Below are positions 28,522 to 38,428 of a stretch of DNA of 49,661 nt, piece by piece (the first letter of the stretch is position 1; each line of letters begins with the position of its first letter). The stretch is from Alphaproteobacteria bacterium. GTDB lineage: Bacteria > Pseudomonadota > Alphaproteobacteria > Micropepsales > Micropepsaceae. Location: contig CANKIV010000001.1 of NCBI GenBank assembly GCA_947482125.1, positions 1 through 49,661 on the forward strand, written 5' to 3'. Made by a program: the position numbers and the translations under genes. The notes beneath the pieces are model-generated. The model did not search any database. It was not told the origin of the DNA and worked only from the letters and a program-made list of their open reading frames with translations.

Positions 28522-29046
28522 ATGACCAAGGCGACGCGGCGCATTCCCATGACGGTGACGTTCCTGGAGATGAACGCCAGGCCCACAGCCCTGCCGCCGC
28601 CGCAACCGCGCGGCAAGGTCGCCCTGCTTCGCTGCGAAAAGCCGCCGGTCCATTTCTACCGCTATCTCTATGACACGATCGGTGCGGATTATTTCTGGGT
28701 GGACCGCAAGCGGCTGACGCCGGACAAGCTGGCGGAGGTGATCCAGGACCCGCTCAACCTGCTCTATGTTCTGTATGCGGATGGAAGTCCCGCCGGCATG
28801 GCCGAACTGGACCTGCGCAAGGAAGGGGTGGCCAATATCTCCTATTTCGGCCTGATGCCCGAAGCGATCGGCCGCCGCCTGGGCTATTTCTTCTTTTATC
28901 ACACCTGCGCCAATGCGTGGGCCCATCCCATCCGGCGACTGACCATCAACACCTGCACGCTGGATCATCCCCGCGCTCTACCGCTATACCAGCGGCTGGG
29001 CTTCACCGCGTATGCCCGCGAAGAACGATTTGTCGAACTGCTCTAG
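28522..29046 (+). CDS. GNAT family N-acetyltransferase
   Basis: YFGLMPEAIGRRLG, TCTLDHPRALPLYQRLGF. Confidence 0.88.
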   Translation: MTKATRRIPMTVTFLEMNARPTALPPPQPRGKVALLRCEKPPVHFYRYLYDTIGADYFWVDRKRLTPDKLAEVIQDPLNLLYVLYADGSPAGMAELDLRKEGVANISYFGLMPEAIGRRLGYFFFYHTCANAWAHPIRRLTINTCTLDHPRALPLYQRLGFTAYAREERFVELL

Positions 29047-29061
29047 GTTCCGGGAATTGCC

Positions 29062-30783
29062 ATGAATATCGTCGTTCTGATCGGCATCATCATCACCGTG
29101 GCAACCGGAATCCCGGTCTACCTGCAGATGCGGGGGCATCCCAAGGGCCTCAAGATCCTGTTCTTTGCCGAAATGTGGGAGCGTTTTTCCTATTACGGCA
29201 TGCGCGGACTTCTGATCTTCTACCTGACCCGGCACTTCCTGTTCGACGACGCCACCGCCAACGGCCAGTACGGCGCCTACACTTCGCTGGTCTATCTGCT
29301 GCCGCTGATCGGCGGCGCGCTGGCCGACCGTTACCTGGGCACCCGCAAGGCCATTTCCTATGGCGCGGTCCTGCTGGTGGCCGGTCATTGCCTGATGGCG
29401 GTGGAAGGCAGCCCGGCCAAACAATTCCTGGTGCATGACGGCGCGCGCTACGAAGTTCTGTTCGGCGAAACGCCACGCGTCGTGGTGGACGGCAACAGCT
29501 ATCGCTATTCCTCAGCCGGGAATGGCGGCATTGCCGTTGCCGGACTTCCGGCCACTGCTGCTCTGCCGGCGACCCTGACGGCCGGCAGCTATTCCACGGT
29601 AGAAGAACGCGCCCCCTTTTTCCTGTCGGTCTTCTATCTCGCTCTGTCGCTCATCATCATGGGCGTCGGATTCCTGAAGCCGAACATCTCCACCATCGTC
29701 GGCCAGCTTTACAAGGCAGGCGATCCGCGCCGCGATCCCGGCTTCACGCTCTACTATTACGGCATCAACCTCGGCGCCTTCTGGGCCGCCATCCTTTGCG
29801 GCCTCTTGGGCGAAACCGTCGGCTGGTGGGCAGGCTTCGGCCTTGCCGGTGTTGGCATGCTGGCCGGACTGATCGTCTTCCTGCGGGGCAAGGTCCATCT
29901 GGAAGGACATGGCGAACCGCCCTCTCCCGCCTTGCTGGCGCAGCCGGTGCTGGGGCTACTGAGCCGCGAACATATCATCTACATAGGCGGACTGCTCGGC
30001 GTCGGCCTGGTCTGGCTGCTGGTGCAACGCAATCAGGCGGTTGGCCTGCTGCTCGCCGCCGGCTCGGTGATCGTGCTGGGCTATGTCGGCTGGTACATCG
30101 CGGCACGCTGCCAGGGCCGCGCCCGCATGGACATGATCCTGGCGCTGCTCCTGATCGCCGGCGCGGTGGTGTTCTTCACATTGTTCGAGCAGGCCGGCAC
30201 ATCGCTCAACCTCTTCGCCGACCGCAACACGCAATTGCCTGACGGCTTCACCGCGGCGCAGACCCAATCCTTCAATGCCGGGTTCATTCTCCTGTTCGCG
30301 CCGCTGTTCGCAATGCTGTGGGCCTGGCTGGGCCGCAAGAACATGGATTTCGACCCGGTGGTGAAATTCGGGCTGGGCCTGGTACAGGTCGGCGCGGGCT
30401 TTCTGGTCCTGGTCTGGGCCGCGGGCTTTGCCGACACGGACTATCGCCTTCCGCTGATATTCCTGGCGCTGGCCTATCTGCTGCACACCACTGGCGAATT
30501 GTGCCTGTCGCCGGTCGGCATGGCAGAGATCACCAAACTGTCGGTGCCCGCCCTGGTCTCGACCATGATGGCGATCTGGTTCCTGTCCAGCAGCTGGGCG
30601 CAGTATATTGGCGCCTTCATCGCCGAGCATGCCGGCACCGAGACCCTGGGCGGCCAGGCGATCGATCCGCGCGCCGCGCTGGAAACCTCGCTGGGCGTCT
30701 TCAATGTGATCGGCTGGGTCGGCGTCGGCAGCGGCGTGTTCTTCTTTCTGATCAGCTATCTATGGCCGCGGCGGGCCGCTTAA
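29062..30783 (+). CDS. POT family di/tripeptide MFS transporter
   Basis: EMWERFSYYG, GFLKPNIS, YYGINLG, GELCLSPVG. Confidence 0.95.
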   Translation: MNIVVLIGIIITVATGIPVYLQMRGHPKGLKILFFAEMWERFSYYGMRGLLIFYLTRHFLFDDATANGQYGAYTSLVYLLPLIGGALADRYLGTRKAISYGAVLLVAGHCLMAVEGSPAKQFLVHDGARYEVLFGETPRVVVDGNSYRYSSAGNGGIAVAGLPATAALPATLTAGSYSTVEERAPFFLSVFYLALSLIIMGVGFLKPNISTIVGQLYKAGDPRRDPGFTLYYYGINLGAFWAAILCGLLGETVGWWAGFGLAGVGMLAGLIVFLRGKVHLEGHGEPPSPALLAQPVLGLLSREHIIYIGGLLGVGLVWLLVQRNQAVGLLLAAGSVIVLGYVGWYIAARCQGRARMDMILALLLIAGAVVFFTLFEQAGTSLNLFADRNTQLPDGFTAAQTQSFNAGFILLFAPLFAMLWAWLGRKNMDFDPVVKFGLGLVQVGAGFLVLVWAAGFADTDYRLPLIFLALAYLLHTTGELCLSPVGMAEITKLSVPALVSTMMAIWFLSSSWAQYIGAFIAEHAGTETLGGQAIDPRAALETSLGVFNVIGWVGVGSGVFFFLISYLWPRRAA

Positions 30784-30785
30784 CC

Positions 30786-31940
30786 ATGGACAAGAAAGAC
30801 AAGCCCGAAACCCTCGCCGTCTCCGCCGGCCGCATGAGCGATGAACATTTCGGCGTGGTCAACACGCCGGTTTATCGCGCCTCGACCATTCTCTATCCCG
30901 ATCTGGCGGCGCTGAAGGCCAACAGGCAACCTTACAGCTATGGCCGGCGCGGCACGCCGACCACCCGCAGCTTCGAAGAAGCGATCTGCGCCATGGAAGG
31001 CGCGGCGCGTACCGTCACGGTGCCGTCGGGGCTCAACGCCAATGCGCTGGCCATCCTTTCGGTTTGCGGCGCGGGCGATCACCTGCTGATGGTGGACAGC
31101 GCTTACGAACCCACCAAGACCTTCTGCGAGACCACCCTCAAGCGCATGGGTGCCGAGACCAGCTACTACGCGCCCACCGATGACATCGCGCCGCTTCTGA
31201 AGCACAACACCAAGGCGGTATTCTGTGAAAGCCCCGGCTCCCTCACCTTTGAGGTGCAGGACATTCCCGCCATCGTGAAAGCGGCGCATGCCAAAGGCGC
31301 CTCGGTGCTTATGGACAATACCTGGGCGACGCCGGTTTTCTTCCAGCCACTGGCGCATGGCGTGGACCTTTCCATCCAGGCGGCCACCAAATCTGTCGGC
31401 GGCCATGCCGATGTGATGCTGGGCTATGTCGCCGCCAATGACAGCCATGCGGCGCGGCTGCACGAGACCCATGGCAATCTGGGGCTCTATGCCAGCGGCG
31501 ACGATTGCTTCCTTGGCCTTCGAGGCCTGCGCACCCTTCCGGTCCGGCTGGCGCGCCATCAGGAAACCGGCCTCGCCCTGGCCCGCTGGCTGGCCGGCCG
31601 CCCCGAAGTTGCGCGGGTGCTGCATCCAGGGCTGGAAAGCGACCCTGGCCATGCCCTGTGGAAGCGCGATTTTTCCGGCGCCTGCGGCCTGTTCGGGCTG
31701 GTGCTGAAACCGGCGTCCGACGCTGCGGTCGCCGCCTTCGTGGATGGTTTGCAGCTTTTCGGCATCGGCTATTCCTGGGGCGGGTTTGAAAGCCTGATCG
31801 TCCCGGCGCATATCAGGCGCAGCGCCAGGGCCTTCGCGGCGGAAGGACCGGTCTTGCGCATTCATGCGGGCCTGGAAGACGCGGGCGACCTGATCGCCGA
31901 TCTGGAAAAGGGCCTCAACCGGCTGAGAGAGCAATCGTGA
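30786..31940 (+). CDS. metC: Cystathionine beta-lyase
   Basis: [37 protein letters not shown]. Confidence 0.92.
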   Translation: MDKKDKPETLAVSAGRMSDEHFGVVNTPVYRASTILYPDLAALKANRQPYSYGRRGTPTTRSFEEAICAMEGAARTVTVPSGLNANALAILSVCGAGDHLLMVDSAYEPTKTFCETTLKRMGAETSYYAPTDDIAPLLKHNTKAVFCESPGSLTFEVQDIPAIVKAAHAKGASVLMDNTWATPVFFQPLAHGVDLSIQAATKSVGGHADVMLGYVAANDSHAARLHETHGNLGLYASGDDCFLGLRGLRTLPVRLARHQETGLALARWLAGRPEVARVLHPGLESDPGHALWKRDFSGACGLFGLVLKPASDAAVAAFVDGLQLFGIGYSWGGFESLIVPAHIRRSARAFAAEGPVLRIHAGLEDAGDLIADLEKGLNRLREQS

Positions 31941-32278
31941 CCGACCACCTGACCCACGCCGCCTTCGTCTCCACCGTCAAGTTCGACGACAAGGGCCTGG
32001 TGCCGGTGATTGCCCAGAGCGCGGCGACGGGCCAGGTGCTGATGTTCGCCTGGATGACCCGCGAGACCCTGGAAATGACCCTGGCAACCGGGCGCGTCAC
32101 CTACTGGTCCCGCTCGCGCCAGTCGGTCTGGACCAAGGGCGAGACCAGCGGCCACCACCAGCACCTGGTCGAGGCCTATGTGGACTGCGACGGCGACGTC
32201 CTGCTGCTGAAGGTGGACCAGATGGGGCCGGCCTGCCACACCGGGGCGCCAAGCTGCTTTTTCCGCAAGTTAGATTGA
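31937..32278 (+). CDS. hisI: Phosphoribosyl-AMP cyclohydrolase
   Basis: YWSRSRQ..W.KGETSG, DCDGD, ACHTG..SCF. Confidence 0.95.
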   Translation: MTDHLTHAAFVSTVKFDDKGLVPVIAQSAATGQVLMFAWMTRETLEMTLATGRVTYWSRSRQSVWTKGETSGHHQHLVEAYVDCDGDVLLLKVDQMGPACHTGAPSCFFRKLD

Positions 32279-32312
32279 AGCGGAACCGGCTGACGCGGGT
32301 TATAGTCCGGAC

Positions 32313-34163
32313 ATGGCAGACCTGAAGTCTTCTCCGCATCGCGCCGTTGGAGCCGACCCTCTCACCCCCAAATTCATGACGGCGGTGATCACCGCGGTGG
32401 TCGTGGCCGGCATCTATTTCGGCCGCCCCGTGCTGATGCCCCTGGCGCTGGCGGTGCTGATGGCCTTCGCCCTGGCGCCACTGGTCGGGCTGCTCAAGCG
32501 CTGGCATCTGGGCCAGGTTGCTCCCGTCCTGATCAGCGTGCTGCTGGCGGTGGTGGTCCTGACGTCGCTGGGCGGCTTCATGGGCTCGCAGCTGGCCAAG
32601 CTGGCGGCCGAACTGCCGCGCTATCAGACCAACCTTGCCCACAAGATCCAGTCGGTGGTGGGCGGGGCGGCAAACAACAACACCATCATGCGGCTCAACA
32701 AGACCGTGGAAACGCTGGCCGAACAGGTCACCGGCAGCAGCAAGGCCGAGGAGACAGCCGGCGTCACGCCGGACGATCCGATCAAGCCGATCCCCGTCAT
32801 CATCCGCCGCACCTCGGTGGCGCCCTGGTCCATCGCCCAGACCGTTCTGGGCCCGCTGCTGGAGCCGCTGGGCCTGATCGTGCTGGTGCTGGTGTTCGTC
32901 GGCTTCATCCTGCTGCAGAAAGACGATTTGCGAGACCGCATCGTGCGCCTGGCGGGATCGCGCGACATGCAGCGCACCACCATCGCGCTGGACGAAGCTG
33001 CTTCGCGGCTGTCGCGCTATATGTTTTTGCAGACCGGGGTCAATATCTGCTTCGGACTGCTCATCGGCATTGGCCTGTGGCTGATCGGCATTCCCAATCC
33101 CGGGCTGTGGGGGCTGATGTCCGGCCTGATGCGCTTTGTTCCTTATGTCGGCGTGCCGCTGGCCTCGCTGTTTCCCCTGGCCCTGGCGCTGGCGGTCGAC
33201 CCAGGCTGGAGCATGCTGGTCCAGGCCATGATTCTCTACTTCGTGGTGGATGCCGTGACCGGCCAGGCGATCGAGCCTTTCCTGTATGGCCGCAGCATGG
33301 GCCTGTCGGCGGTGGCGGTCGTGGTCGCGGCAGCGTTCTGGACCTGGCTGTGGGGACCAGTGGGCCTGCTGCTCTCCACCCCGCTGACCATGTGCTTCGT
33401 GGTTTTCAGCCGCCATGTCGAAAGCCTGAAATTCCTGGATGTGATGCTGGGCGACCAGCCGGCGCTGCGCGCCGAGCAAAGCCTGTACCTGCGCATGCTG
33501 GCCAACGACCCCGACGAAGCTGCCGACGAAGCCGAAATCTTTCTCAAGCAAAATTCACTGTCGTCCTATTATGACGAAGTGGCGGCCCGCGCCCTGATGC
33601 TGGCGCAGACCGATGTTGATCGCGGCGTGCTGGACCCGGTGCGCCAGGAGCGCATCCGCGACGCCATCAAGGGCCTGATCGTCAACCTTTCCGACCGCAA
33701 GGACGAAGACGCCGGCGATCCTTCCCACAACTGGCACGGCGCGTCGGTCGAACCCGTCCTGTGCGTGGCCGGGCGCGGCCCGCTGGACGAAGCCGCCGCC
33801 TTGCTGCTGGTGGACATGCTTGGAAAATACGGTGTGGGGGCGCGGGTGGTGTCGTCGGATGAGACCTCGGCCACCCATATCCGCGAATTGTCCTGCGCGG
33901 GTGTGCGCCTGACCTGCGTTTCCTATCTGGAACCGGGGACCTTCAAGAATGCGCGCTACCAGGTGCGCCGGTTGCGCAAGCACATGCCCGGCGTGCCGGT
34001 GATTGCGATCTTCTGGGGCCTGGCGGGTGACAATTCGCGTTACCTCGACGGCATCGAAGCCACCGAAAGCGATATCGTCACCACCGGCCTCAAGGAAACG
34101 GTGCAACACATCCTGGCCTTCGCCCGCCGCGCCTCGCAGCCGATGATCACGGCGGCCAAGTGA
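32313..34163 (+). CDS. AI-2E family transporter with C-terminal soluble extension
   Basis: DLRDRIVRL, RFVPYVG, EPFLYG, WGPVGLLLSTPLT. Confidence 0.88.
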   Translation: MADLKSSPHRAVGADPLTPKFMTAVITAVVVAGIYFGRPVLMPLALAVLMAFALAPLVGLLKRWHLGQVAPVLISVLLAVVVLTSLGGFMGSQLAKLAAELPRYQTNLAHKIQSVVGGAANNNTIMRLNKTVETLAEQVTGSSKAEETAGVTPDDPIKPIPVIIRRTSVAPWSIAQTVLGPLLEPLGLIVLVLVFVGFILLQKDDLRDRIVRLAGSRDMQRTTIALDEAASRLSRYMFLQTGVNICFGLLIGIGLWLIGIPNPGLWGLMSGLMRFVPYVGVPLASLFPLALALAVDPGWSMLVQAMILYFVVDAVTGQAIEPFLYGRSMGLSAVAVVVAAAFWTWLWGPVGLLLSTPLTMCFVVFSRHVESLKFLDVMLGDQPALRAEQSLYLRMLANDPDEAADEAEIFLKQNSLSSYYDEVAARALMLAQTDVDRGVLDPVRQERIRDAIKGLIVNLSDRKDEDAGDPSHNWHGASVEPVLCVAGRGPLDEAAALLLVDMLGKYGVGARVVSSDETSATHIRELSCAGVRLTCVSYLEPGTFKNARYQVRRLRKHMPGVPVIAIFWGLAGDNSRYLDGIEATESDIVTTGLKETVQHILAFARRASQPMITAAK

Positions 34164-34516
34164 ATTTAAAAGGGCCTAACGCTTCGCTACATGAGGCCGC
34201 GCCGTCCGACTATGGCGTGCTTCTGACGACCGTGCCGTCGCGCGACGAAGCCGCCTCAATCGCCAATCTGCTGATCGACGAAAGGCTGGCGGCCTGCGTC
34301 CAGCTATTGCCCATCGAAAGCTTCTATCGCTGGGACGGCAAGACCCGGAACGAGGCCGAACTGCTGCTGCTGATCAAGACCCGCACCGCCCTGTTTGAAA
34401 GCGCCATCGCCCGGATTAAGGCGGTGCATAGCTATGCCGTGCCACAGATCGTCGCCCTGCCCTTCAGCGCGGGGTTTGCCGGCTATTTCCACTGGATAGA
34501 CGAAGTCACGGCCTGA
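34160..34516 (+). CDS. cutA: Divalent-cation tolerance protein CutA
   Basis: LAACVQ, SFYRWDG, E..LLIKT, HSYAVP. Confidence 0.92.
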   Translation: MNLKGPNASLHEAAPSDYGVLLTTVPSRDEAASIANLLIDERLAACVQLLPIESFYRWDGKTRNEAELLLLIKTRTALFESAIARIKAVHSYAVPQIVALPFSAGFAGYFHWIDEVTA

Positions 34517-34556
34517 CGGCATACTTGCGGGAAACCAGAACAAGAGCCGCAAGGCC

Positions 34557-35369
34557 ATGCCGCACCCATTATCGCTGGCGCATCTGAGCCTGATCGCCAG
34601 CCCACCCGAAGACCTGATCAGGATCGCGGCCTTGGCGGGATTCGACCTGGTGGACCTGCGCCTTTCCCCCGCGACCCCAACCGATCGCGCTTATGACGAT
34701 AAGGAGCGGATATCTCTGTGCCGCGCGCTTCTTCCGCTTTTGCAGGGCAACGGGCTTGCGGTCTGGGATGTCGAAATCATTCGTCTCGGCGACGACACCG
34801 ACCCCGAACGCCATCTGCCGCTGATGGAGGCCGCGAGCCTGCTGGGAGCACGCCGATTGAAGGTCGTTTGCGACAGTGATGACCCCGCACAGGCCGCCAC
34901 ATTGCTGGCGCGGCTGGCCGAACTGGCCGCACCCTTCGGTCTCACGCTCGATCTGGAATATATGATTTTCTCCGGCGTGAAGTCCCTGGGCGCGGCGCTC
35001 GCGGTCAGCCGCGCCGCCGCACAGTCCAATCTCAAGGTGCTGGTGGACGCATTGCACTGGATGCGCGCCGGCGACAGTATGGCCGACATCAGGGCCGCCC
35101 CGGCCGGAAGCCTGGGTTATGTCCAGCTTTGCGACGGCCCCCTTCAGGCGCCTTGGGGACACGACGCCCTGATCCGGGAGGCGCGAACCGACCGGCGCGC
35201 TCCGGGCGACGGAGAGTTTCCCCTGAAAGACTTGCTGGACGTCATGCCGGAAGGATGCGTCGCCAGCGTCGAGGTGCCCTTGCGTCCCGGCGATGATCCC
35301 CTCATGCATGCCCGGCACCTTCATGAAGCGGCGCGGCGCATCACAGACCTTGGTGAGAACGCATCATGA
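34557..35369 (+). CDS. Sugar phosphate isomerase/epimerase (TIM barrel)
   Basis: LSLAHL, LEYM, VDALH, QLCD, R..PGDGEFPL, SVEVP. Confidence 0.85.
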   Translation: MPHPLSLAHLSLIASPPEDLIRIAALAGFDLVDLRLSPATPTDRAYDDKERISLCRALLPLLQGNGLAVWDVEIIRLGDDTDPERHLPLMEAASLLGARRLKVVCDSDDPAQAATLLARLAELAAPFGLTLDLEYMIFSGVKSLGAALAVSRAAAQSNLKVLVDALHWMRAGDSMADIRAAPAGSLGYVQLCDGPLQAPWGHDALIREARTDRRAPGDGEFPLKDLLDVMPEGCVASVEVPLRPGDDPLMHARHLHEAARRITDLGENAS

Positions 35370-36415
35370 CTCCATTGCGGATCGCGGTTATGGGTGCGGG
35401 CCTGATCGGCAGGCGGCATATCCAGACCATCCTGGACATGCCCGGCGCTGCCGAACTGGTGGCCGTGGCCGATCCTCTGGGTGCCTCGGCAGAGCTGAAA
35501 ACGGGAAGCGCCCCCTGGTTTGCGGACGAACGCGAGATGCTGGACCGGGCGCGCCCGGAAGCCGTGGTGATCGCCACGCCGAACCGCCTGCACCTGCCCC
35601 ATGGCATTGCCTGCTGCGAACGCGGCATTCATTTCCTGATGGAAAAGCCGGTAACCGCCACCCTAGAGGAAGCCGAAACCCTGGTGGCGGCCATCCGCGC
35701 CAGCGGCGTCAGGACACTGGCCGGGCATCACCGCCGCTATCTCGCGGCCATCCAGGAGGCCAAAGCGGTGATCGCGAAGGGATCGCTGGGCCGGCTGGTG
35801 GCGGTATCGGTGGTATGGGCGACGCGCAAGCCCGACGACTACTTCAAGACCGCGTGGCGCACCCAGCCGGGCGGCGGCCCTCTTCTCATCAACGCCATCC
35901 ATGAAATCGACATGCTGCGGCACCTGTGCGGCGAAATCGTCAGCGTCAGCGGGATCAAGAGCAATGCGATGCGCGGTTTCGCGGTCGAGGACAGCGCGGT
36001 CGCCATGTTCCGCTTCGCCAATGGCTGCCTCGGCACCCTGGCCTGCACCGATGCCGGATTTTCGCCCTGGACCATCGAGCAGGGCAGCGGCGAGAATCCC
36101 GCGTTCCCGCACAGCGCGCAAAGCGCCTATCGCCTGATCGGCACGGAGGGCAGCCTGGAATTGCCGGTGCTGCGGACCTGGTCAGCGCCCGTACCCGGCG
36201 ACATCGGCTGGAATCGCCCGATCGCTGCCACCGAGGCCGTGCCGCCCTATCACGATCCGTACAAGGCGCAACTCGCCCATTTCCAGCGCCTGGTGCGGCG
36301 GGACGAACCGCCGGTGGTCTCGGTCGCGGATGGCGCCCGCACCCTGGCGGCGACCCTGGCGGTGACGCAATCCAGCGACGAGGAACGGCCCCGCACGCCG
36401 CATCGCTTTCCATAA
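35366..36415 (+). CDS. Gfo/Idh/MocA family oxidoreductase
   Basis: GAGLIG, ATPN..H, EKP, GHHRR, GGGP..IN.IH.ID. Confidence 0.92.
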   Translation: MTPLRIAVMGAGLIGRRHIQTILDMPGAAELVAVADPLGASAELKTGSAPWFADEREMLDRARPEAVVIATPNRLHLPHGIACCERGIHFLMEKPVTATLEEAETLVAAIRASGVRTLAGHHRRYLAAIQEAKAVIAKGSLGRLVAVSVVWATRKPDDYFKTAWRTQPGGGPLLINAIHEIDMLRHLCGEIVSVSGIKSNAMRGFAVEDSAVAMFRFANGCLGTLACTDAGFSPWTIEQGSGENPAFPHSAQSAYRLIGTEGSLELPVLRTWSAPVPGDIGWNRPIAATEAVPPYHDPYKAQLAHFQRLVRRDEPPVVSVADGARTLAATLAVTQSSDEERPRTPHRFP

Positions 36416-36421
36416 TGGTGA

Positions 36422-36498
<77 letters not shown>

Positions 36499-36545
36499 GT
36501 GCGCCGATCCTAGGCCAAAAGACCCAAAAAATCAGTGCGGCCCAT

Positions 36546-36851
36546 TCAATGCGACCACGGCACCTTGCGGTCGAACTTGAAATTGTCCGAATAGGCCTTG
36601 GGCTTGGGCACCAGCACGTGCGGCTCGAACACCTGGTAGGGAATGGCGTTGGCCTTCGCATAGGCAACCGCTTCTTCCGCCGTGTCGAACTCCAGGCAAA
36701 GCTGCTGGCGCATGTCGCCCGAAGAGGTCCAGCCCATCAGGGGATCGATGGTGCGCGGCGTCTCCGGCTCATATTCCAGCTGCCACAGCTTGGTGCGGGC
36801 CTTGCCCGATTGCATGGCGTTCTTGGCCGGTCTGTAAATACGCGCGCGCAT
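36546..36851 (-). CDS. ETC complex I accessory subunit (NDUFS4-like)
   Basis: ARIYRPAKNAMQSG, DPLMGWTSSGD, YSDNF. Confidence 0.93.
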   Translation of the reverse strand: MRARIYRPAKNAMQSGKARTKLWQLEYEPETPRTIDPLMGWTSSGDMRQQLCLEFDTAEEAVAYAKANAIPYQVFEPHVLVPKPKAYSDNFKFDRKVPWSH

Positions 36852-36927
36852 GGCACCCTCAAAAAAACTCTATCCCGCGTTCACTGCCGCGCCCGCCCTC
36901 AAGTCGCTGACGCGCGGGCGGGCTTGG

Positions 36928-36963
36928 CATTTGTTTTCCGCGCGACCGCGCGGAAAACAAATG
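36928..36963. repeat. Perfect 17-bp inverted repeat overlapping the tRNA-Pro 3' end
   Basis: CATTTGTTTTCCGCGCG-AC-CGCGCGGAAAACAAATG. Confidence 0.9.
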
Positions 36964-37038
36964 GTCGGAGCGGCTGGATTCGAACCAACGGCCCTTAGCT
37001 CCCAAAGCTAATGCTCTACCAGGCTGAGCTACGCTCCG
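36962..37038 (-). tRNA. tRNA-Pro (anticodon TGG)
   Basis: CGGAGCGTAGCTCAGCCTGGTAGAGCATTAGCTTTGGGAGCTAAGGGCCGTTGGTTCGAATCCAGCCGCTCCGACCA; 77 nt. Confidence 0.96.
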
Positions 37039-37053
37039 ATCAGAGCCCGTCAG

Positions 37054-37082
37054 GAATTACACGCTGGGGACAAAGGCGTCAA
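37054..37082 (-). promoter_or_regulatory. Putative sigma70 promoter of tRNA-Pro (TTGACG-N17-TAATTC)
   Basis: Near-consensus -35 with a 17-bp spacer immediately upstream of the tRNA. Confidence 0.65.
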
Positions 37083-37870
37083 TTAACCTCGACAAAACGC
37101 CCGAAAAACAGGCTTTGCCAGTTTTTTCCTGTCAAAATGAACTGGCCCGTGGCCGCGTCATGGGCAATCCCGTTGGGCACGAAATTGGAATCGGAATCGA
37201 TGTAACGGCGCTCATAGGCGTTCATCCGGGCCCGCAGGGGCTTCAGGTCGGCGCTGGCCTCGACGCAGCCGGTCGCGGGATTGATCTTCACCACATCCCA
37301 ATATTCGAAGACATTGGCCCAGACCGCGCCGTCCACATATTCCAGTTCATTGAGATTATCGAGATAGCGGCCATCCCGTGTCACCCGCACCGAACCGAGG
37401 GTGCTGAAATCCTTCGGCGACACGAAAAACAGCCGGCTGGAACCGTCGCTGGCGATCAGCCGCGTGGCGTCATGGGTCAGGCCCCAGCCGTCGCGCGGAT
37501 TGGGAAATTCCGCCAGCGGACGCAGCTGGCGGTCGAACACAAACACCCGGCCCTCGCGCCAGCTCATCTGGTAGATGCGCCCATCGAACATCGTCACGCC
37601 CTCGCCGAAATAGCGTTTTCCCGCCGTCATCAGCTGCGTGACCTTGCCGGTGGCCGGATCGATGCGGTTGATCCGTGTATCGCCGAACAGGTTGCCGGTG
37701 CCTTCCAGCAGGGCGCCATTGTCCACTTCCAACCCTTGCGTGAAGCCAAGCGTGTCGCGCTGGATCTGCTTTTCCACCTGGAAGGTCAGTTTTTTGGGAA
37801 CGGGACATTTTTGCGCCAGCGCCGGGGCGGCGCAAAGCGTCAGCAGGACAAAGCAAAGCAGGTATCGCAT
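37079..37870 (-). CDS. Glutaminyl-peptide cyclotransferase (type I, beta-propeller), exported
   Basis: FTQGL, YFGEG, GWGL, SDGS, LNELE, NGIA, TGKNW; signal peptide. Confidence 0.9.
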   Translation of the reverse strand: MRYLLCFVLLTLCAAPALAQKCPVPKKLTFQVEKQIQRDTLGFTQGLEVDNGALLEGTGNLFGDTRINRIDPATGKVTQLMTAGKRYFGEGVTMFDGRIYQMSWREGRVFVFDRQLRPLAEFPNPRDGWGLTHDATRLIASDGSSRLFFVSPKDFSTLGSVRVTRDGRYLDNLNELEYVDGAVWANVFEYWDVVKINPATGCVEASADLKPLRARMNAYERRYIDSDSNFVPNGIAHDAATGQFILTGKNWQSLFFGRFVEVN

Positions 37871-37915
37871 GGCGGCGACTATCGCAGCCGCCGGCGTAAA
37901 ATCAATTCGCGAAGG

Positions 37916-38428
37916 TCAGGAATCCATCACCGCTATTTCCGCGACCAATTCACCTTTCGGTCCGTCCCCCACCCGCACCTCGACCTTCTGGCCTTCCTGC
38001 AATTCGCGGACATTGCAGCGGCGCAAGGTTTCCATATGGATGAAAATGTCGGTGGTGCCGGGGCCACGGCTGACAAAGCCATAGCCCTTGGCGCGGTTGA
38101 ACCATTTCACCGTGCCTTCAAAGGCCGGACCGCGCGGCTCGGCGACATAGCGCGGACCGCGTTCGCTGACCGTGGGCATGACCTGGGCGGTGGAATTGTC
38201 CAGGGACAGGATGCGGCTGGCCTGCATGCCGCGCGGGCCTTTCACGGCCTCGCACACCACGGACGCGCCCTCGAAGGCCTGCTTGAAGCCGGACTGGCGC
38301 ACACAGGTCTGGTGCAGCAGGATGTCACCCTCGCCTTCCGAACCGGACGGCGTGATAAATCCATAGCCTTTATGGGCATCAAACCACTTGACCTGACCGG
38401 TAACGGTCCGGCCGCCAGCATCCTCCAT
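37916..38428 (-). CDS. Cold-shock protein with two tandem CSDs
   Basis: [13 protein letters not shown] and [13 protein letters not shown]; AGGGGGG RBS before ATG 38428. Confidence 0.93.
   Translation of the reverse strand: MEDAGGRTVTGQVKWFDAHKGYGFITPSGSEGEGDILLHQTCVRQSGFKQAFEGASVVCEAVKGPRGMQASRILSLDNSTAQVMPTVSERGPRYVAEPRGPAFEGTVKWFNRAKGYGFVSRGPGTTDIFIHMETLRRCNVRELQEGQKVEVRVGDGPKGELVAEIAVMDS

Noticed and set aside
34520-36421. Genomic islet (TIM barrel + Gfo/Idh/MocA) integrated at the tRNA-Arg 3' end
   Set aside because: No integrase and no duplicated tRNA 3' end found at the other boundary; composition is not clearly different.
37916-38428. Double cold-shock-domain protein as a novelty
   Set aside because: Tandem-CSD proteins are known and widespread in alphaproteobacteria.
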